Assembly: GCA_963667015.2 (NCBI GenBank)
Contig: CAXXJJ010000001.1
Span: forward strand, 352,001 to 416,000
From: Desulfatiglandales bacterium
Lineage (GTDB): Bacteria; Desulfobacterota; DSM-4660; Desulfatiglandales; HGW-15
Length of the DNA stretch: 64,000 nucleotides
Reading direction: 5' to 3'
This document shows, one piece after another, positions 60,966 to 64,000 of this stretch. The stretch's first letter is position 1; each line of letters begins with the position of its first letter. The notes beneath the pieces were generated by a model. That model saw nothing but the letters and a program-made list of their open reading frames with translations, was not told the origin of the DNA and did no database searches. The translations under genes and the position numbers were made by a program.

Positions 60966-62753
60966 ATGAATTATAAGTTTTTAAGTAAATACAGACAGCG
61001 ATTAAAATTATTTCAAATAGTATTAATATTTTTTATGTGCAGTATCAGCCTTGCTGAAGAAGAAAATTCAGCCGGAAAGATAAATAATGGGAATATATTT
61101 ACTGCCGAGGACATTAACAGGATGAATGTTTCAAGTATTACTGATGTTCTTGAGATGGTCCCGGGTGTATCCACTGTCGGTAATGATGATATTTCAATAA
61201 ACGGTTCCCAGGAGATACTGGTTTTACTTGACGGGCGCAATATTAAAGACCCGATATCCGGGCATATCAAATGGGATCAGGTCTCACTTAACAATGTGGG
61301 CCGAATAGAGGTCATCAAGGGGGGAGGAGCCGGCTATGGTGAAAATTCCAGCGGCGGGGTTATAATCATTACCTCCAAACTGGCTGATACATTCAGCGGA
61401 AATCTTGAGGCTGCCGCAGGAAATATGAATTATAAAGAGTACAGCGGTGATATCCAGACCCGGGTAAAAGGTGTAAAGATCGGGGTAATGGGAGGATATG
61501 AGTCTGATGATGGATGGCGCGCCAATGAGCATAAAAAAATTACAAGGGGAGGCATAAACCTTTCCTATGCGCCCCGGCATGATCTGGTCTTTTCACCCTC
61601 CCTCAATTACTATAAAGATATAAAAGGGCTGGGCGGACCATATTTTGCCCCTACACTCTATAATGAAGCCACCTATGAAAGTTATTCAGCCACATTTTTT
61701 ATAAAGATCAACGGGCTGAACATCAAATCCATTTATACTGATTCAATGGACCAGAGTGTTGATGCTCCTCCGGCTCCGATCCCTCATATTATTAAAATAA
61801 CACCTGAAATCTTCAATCAGGAGATCACAGCGGATTTTTCTTTCTCGGAATTCGGGACCATGAATGTTGGAGTTGGCTATGAACGCGCAAATGTGGGTAT
61901 TGAAACAAACATAGATAACGTACAGCTGCCCTATGCAGTTCACAATGAAAAAAAAGAATGGGTATTTGCAACCTTCAAGCGTGAATCAGCGGATAATCCC
62001 TATTCGATTTACCTTGGACTGAGGGGAACCCGCTATAATAATTTCGAAAACAGCCTGAATCCGGAGCTGAATCTGGGATACAAAAAAGATAATTACGGGG
62101 CTGTTTTTGTGTATAATTTTACTGATAAGCTCCCGGGTTACAAAGACCGGTATAGATCAGACGCCTTTGTTATAGCAAATCCGGATCTGAAAAAAGAGGA
62201 ATATACAAACTACAAACTGACATTGTTCTATTCTCCACTTGATGTTCTTTCATTCAACGTCACTCCATATTATACGGAAATCAAAGACCTTATCAGCATG
62301 GATTCCCTCATGACTGAAAGCGGATTGAAACGCACCTTTGTAAATGTGGGGAGCGTTACAGAAAAGGGATTTGACAGCTCCGTGTCCTGGTCTCCTGACA
62401 AAATATTCAACCTATCATTGTCTTACACCTACAAATCGGCAAAGGATGATGCTACAGATTTATGGGTTCCCATGAGGGCGAAGCACAGGTTCCAGGGAAG
62501 AATATCCAGTTCTCCCATGGAGAGGCTTTCCATAAGCACAACTGTAAGCTATTCATCTGAAGAATTCAGCAACAGTGAAAATACCATGGGTGTGGCAAGC
62601 CATTATGAAGTCGATGCAAGGATTGAATATGATATCAATAAATACAAGCTCTTTTTTCAGGTCGATAACCTGCTTGACAAGGAATATATTCAGCCTTTCC
62701 TGATTCCCGGCAGAACAAGGTTTTTTTACGCCGGCCTGAGGTATATATTTTAG
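60966..62753 (+). CDS. TonB-dependent receptor
   Basis: Plug motifs VPGV, LLDG, RIEVIKG, GGVI.I; NPDLKKE; DNLLDK.Y; terminal F. Confidence 0.9.
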   Translation: MNYKFLSKYRQRLKLFQIVLIFFMCSISLAEEENSAGKINNGNIFTAEDINRMNVSSITDVLEMVPGVSTVGNDDISINGSQEILVLLDGRNIKDPISGHIKWDQVSLNNVGRIEVIKGGGAGYGENSSGGVIIITSKLADTFSGNLEAAAGNMNYKEYSGDIQTRVKGVKIGVMGGYESDDGWRANEHKKITRGGINLSYAPRHDLVFSPSLNYYKDIKGLGGPYFAPTLYNEATYESYSATFFIKINGLNIKSIYTDSMDQSVDAPPAPIPHIIKITPEIFNQEITADFSFSEFGTMNVGVGYERANVGIETNIDNVQLPYAVHNEKKEWVFATFKRESADNPYSIYLGLRGTRYNNFENSLNPELNLGYKKDNYGAVFVYNFTDKLPGYKDRYRSDAFVIANPDLKKEEYTNYKLTLFYSPLDVLSFNVTPYYTEIKDLISMDSLMTESGLKRTFVNVGSVTEKGFDSSVSWSPDKIFNLSLSYTYKSAKDDATDLWVPMRAKHRFQGRISSSPMERLSISTTVSYSSEEFSNSENTMGVASHYEVDARIEYDINKYKLFFQVDNLLDKEYIQPFLIPGRTRFFYAGLRYIF

Positions 62754-62887
62754 GCATGGGTATATGTTGACATGACCCGTTTATCTTTGCTAATGATCTT
62801 TTTAAATCGTCCGCGAGAATAGCGTATATGTCTTTCCCCGGACGATTATTTTTTTACGATACTTATTAATCAAAGAGGAGAAATCAC

Positions 62888-63511
62888 ATGGGTTTAATAA
62901 GCGGGTCATGCAGCCTTACACGATTTATCGTGGAAGATCCGGTTCCTGCCAACTATCTTGAGACATTCCCCGAACTGATTCAGCGGTATTCATTTAAAGG
63001 TTTTGATGAATCGTCGGATGCTGAAAGGTCCCTGGGCTGGGTAAATATAATGGATATGTTTGACAGCAGTTTCAACCGGATGCAGTATCTGAAGGAACCT
63101 TATCTGGCCCTGACGTGGCGGATTGATGCGAGAAATGTCCCAGGCAAGGCCCTTAAGCAGTATTCCCTGGAGGCTGAAAGAAAGGTCATGGAGATGGAGG
63201 ACCTGGAATTCATGCCAAAGGGAAAAAGAAAAGAGATCAAAGAGATGACCCGGCTTGATTTGCTGAAGCGCGCAATCCCGACCTCTAAAATCTATGATAT
63301 GATCTGGAACCTTGATAAAGGATATGTCCTCTTCGGCGGCGCCAGTCGAAAATTATGTGATGAATTTTCCACCTTTTTTCATAAGTGTTTTAATCTGAGG
63401 CTGGGAAGTGTTTACCCCTGGCTGACCGCGTCAAGTTTTATGGAGCGGGAAGGCAGAAGGCCTGAAGAGCTTGAAGGACTCACCTATTCCATAACAGGAG
63501 TAAAAAAATAA
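62888..63511 (+). CDS. rdgC: RdgC-like recombination-associated protein, N-terminal-type subunit
   Basis: MGLISGS.SL.RF, ERSLGW, RID.R.VP, P..K.YD.IW. Confidence 0.7.
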   Translation: MGLISGSCSLTRFIVEDPVPANYLETFPELIQRYSFKGFDESSDAERSLGWVNIMDMFDSSFNRMQYLKEPYLALTWRIDARNVPGKALKQYSLEAERKVMEMEDLEFMPKGKRKEIKEMTRLDLLKRAIPTSKIYDMIWNLDKGYVLFGGASRKLCDEFSTFFHKCFNLRLGSVYPWLTASSFMEREGRRPEELEGLTYSITGVKK

Positions 63512-63513
63512 TC

Positions 63514-64000
63514 ATGCAGCTGATAGAACGGGTAAGAGATACGGAATTCCTGGGCAGAGAGTTTTTATTATGGCTCTGGTATAACAGTGAGGTAAGGGGC
63601 GGGACATATAAGCTGGCAGACGGCGATGTCGAGTTGTGGGTCGATAAAAAAATAGTGTTAAGACACGACGATGATGAAGGGACCGAAAAGATAACCTGTA
63701 CAGGAGATAATCTCCTCCTGAAGGAAGCCAGGTTTGCCCTGAGTGAAAACAAGCAGGTGACGGAAACTCAGCTCAGGTTGAAGATAGAGGATAATGAATT
63801 CTCCTTTACCCTTGATTCTGAATGGATGAATTTTAAGGCATTTAAGACCCCCAAGGTAATGCAGGATACGGATGACGATCCTGATGGTATCTTTTATGAA
63901 AAGATGTTTCTTATTGAGCAGGCCATAGCAACTGTTGATACCATATTCGCGGAATTTATAAAGCTTCGCACATCTCCTGAGTGGGAGGGCTCTGTAAAAC
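63514..64000 (+). CDS. RdgC-associated partner protein (runs off window end)
   Basis: MQLIERVRDTEFLGREFLLWLWY..EARFAL...K.V; open to the window edge. Confidence 0.7.
   Translation, partial: MQLIERVRDTEFLGREFLLWLWYNSEVRGGTYKLADGDVELWVDKKIVLRHDDDEGTEKITCTGDNLLLKEARFALSENKQVTETQLRLKIEDNEFSFTLDSEWMNFKAFKTPKVMQDTDDDPDGIFYEKMFLIEQAIATVDTIFAEFIKLRTSPEWEGSVK

Overview
The window reads like the chromosome of an anaerobic Desulfobacterota-type bacterium (inferred from gene content). It has four parts. (1) 1-11 kb: a sigma54-controlled thiosulfate/polysulfide-reductase-like operon (DUF3373 outer-membrane protein, small DsrE-like proteins, cytochrome c, PhsABC-like subunits, TorD chaperone), followed by a rhodanese whose frame continues through an in-frame UGA (probable selenoprotein). 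(2) 11.9-21.4 kb: an AT-rich array of 10 integron gene cassettes with no integrase in the window (CALIN-like), preceded by a strong promoter and an attI-like site. It carries PIN, Mrr-like, TIR and ATPase cassettes, a MITE, and a non-IIC group II intron inserted in the sense orientation inside an attC R' core; the intron's candidate EBS1 loop is complementary to that core. (3) 21.4-33 kb: mixed metabolic genes (glutamate synthase-like, trmB, creD, a second molybdoenzyme). (4) 33-62.8 kb: an envelope/lipid A modification island (arnBCADT, three eptA paralogues, RND/TolC, Omp85-family protein, two two-component systems, IS630), then a split rdgC-like gene pair. All calls were made by eye from motifs; no searches or folding programs were run.
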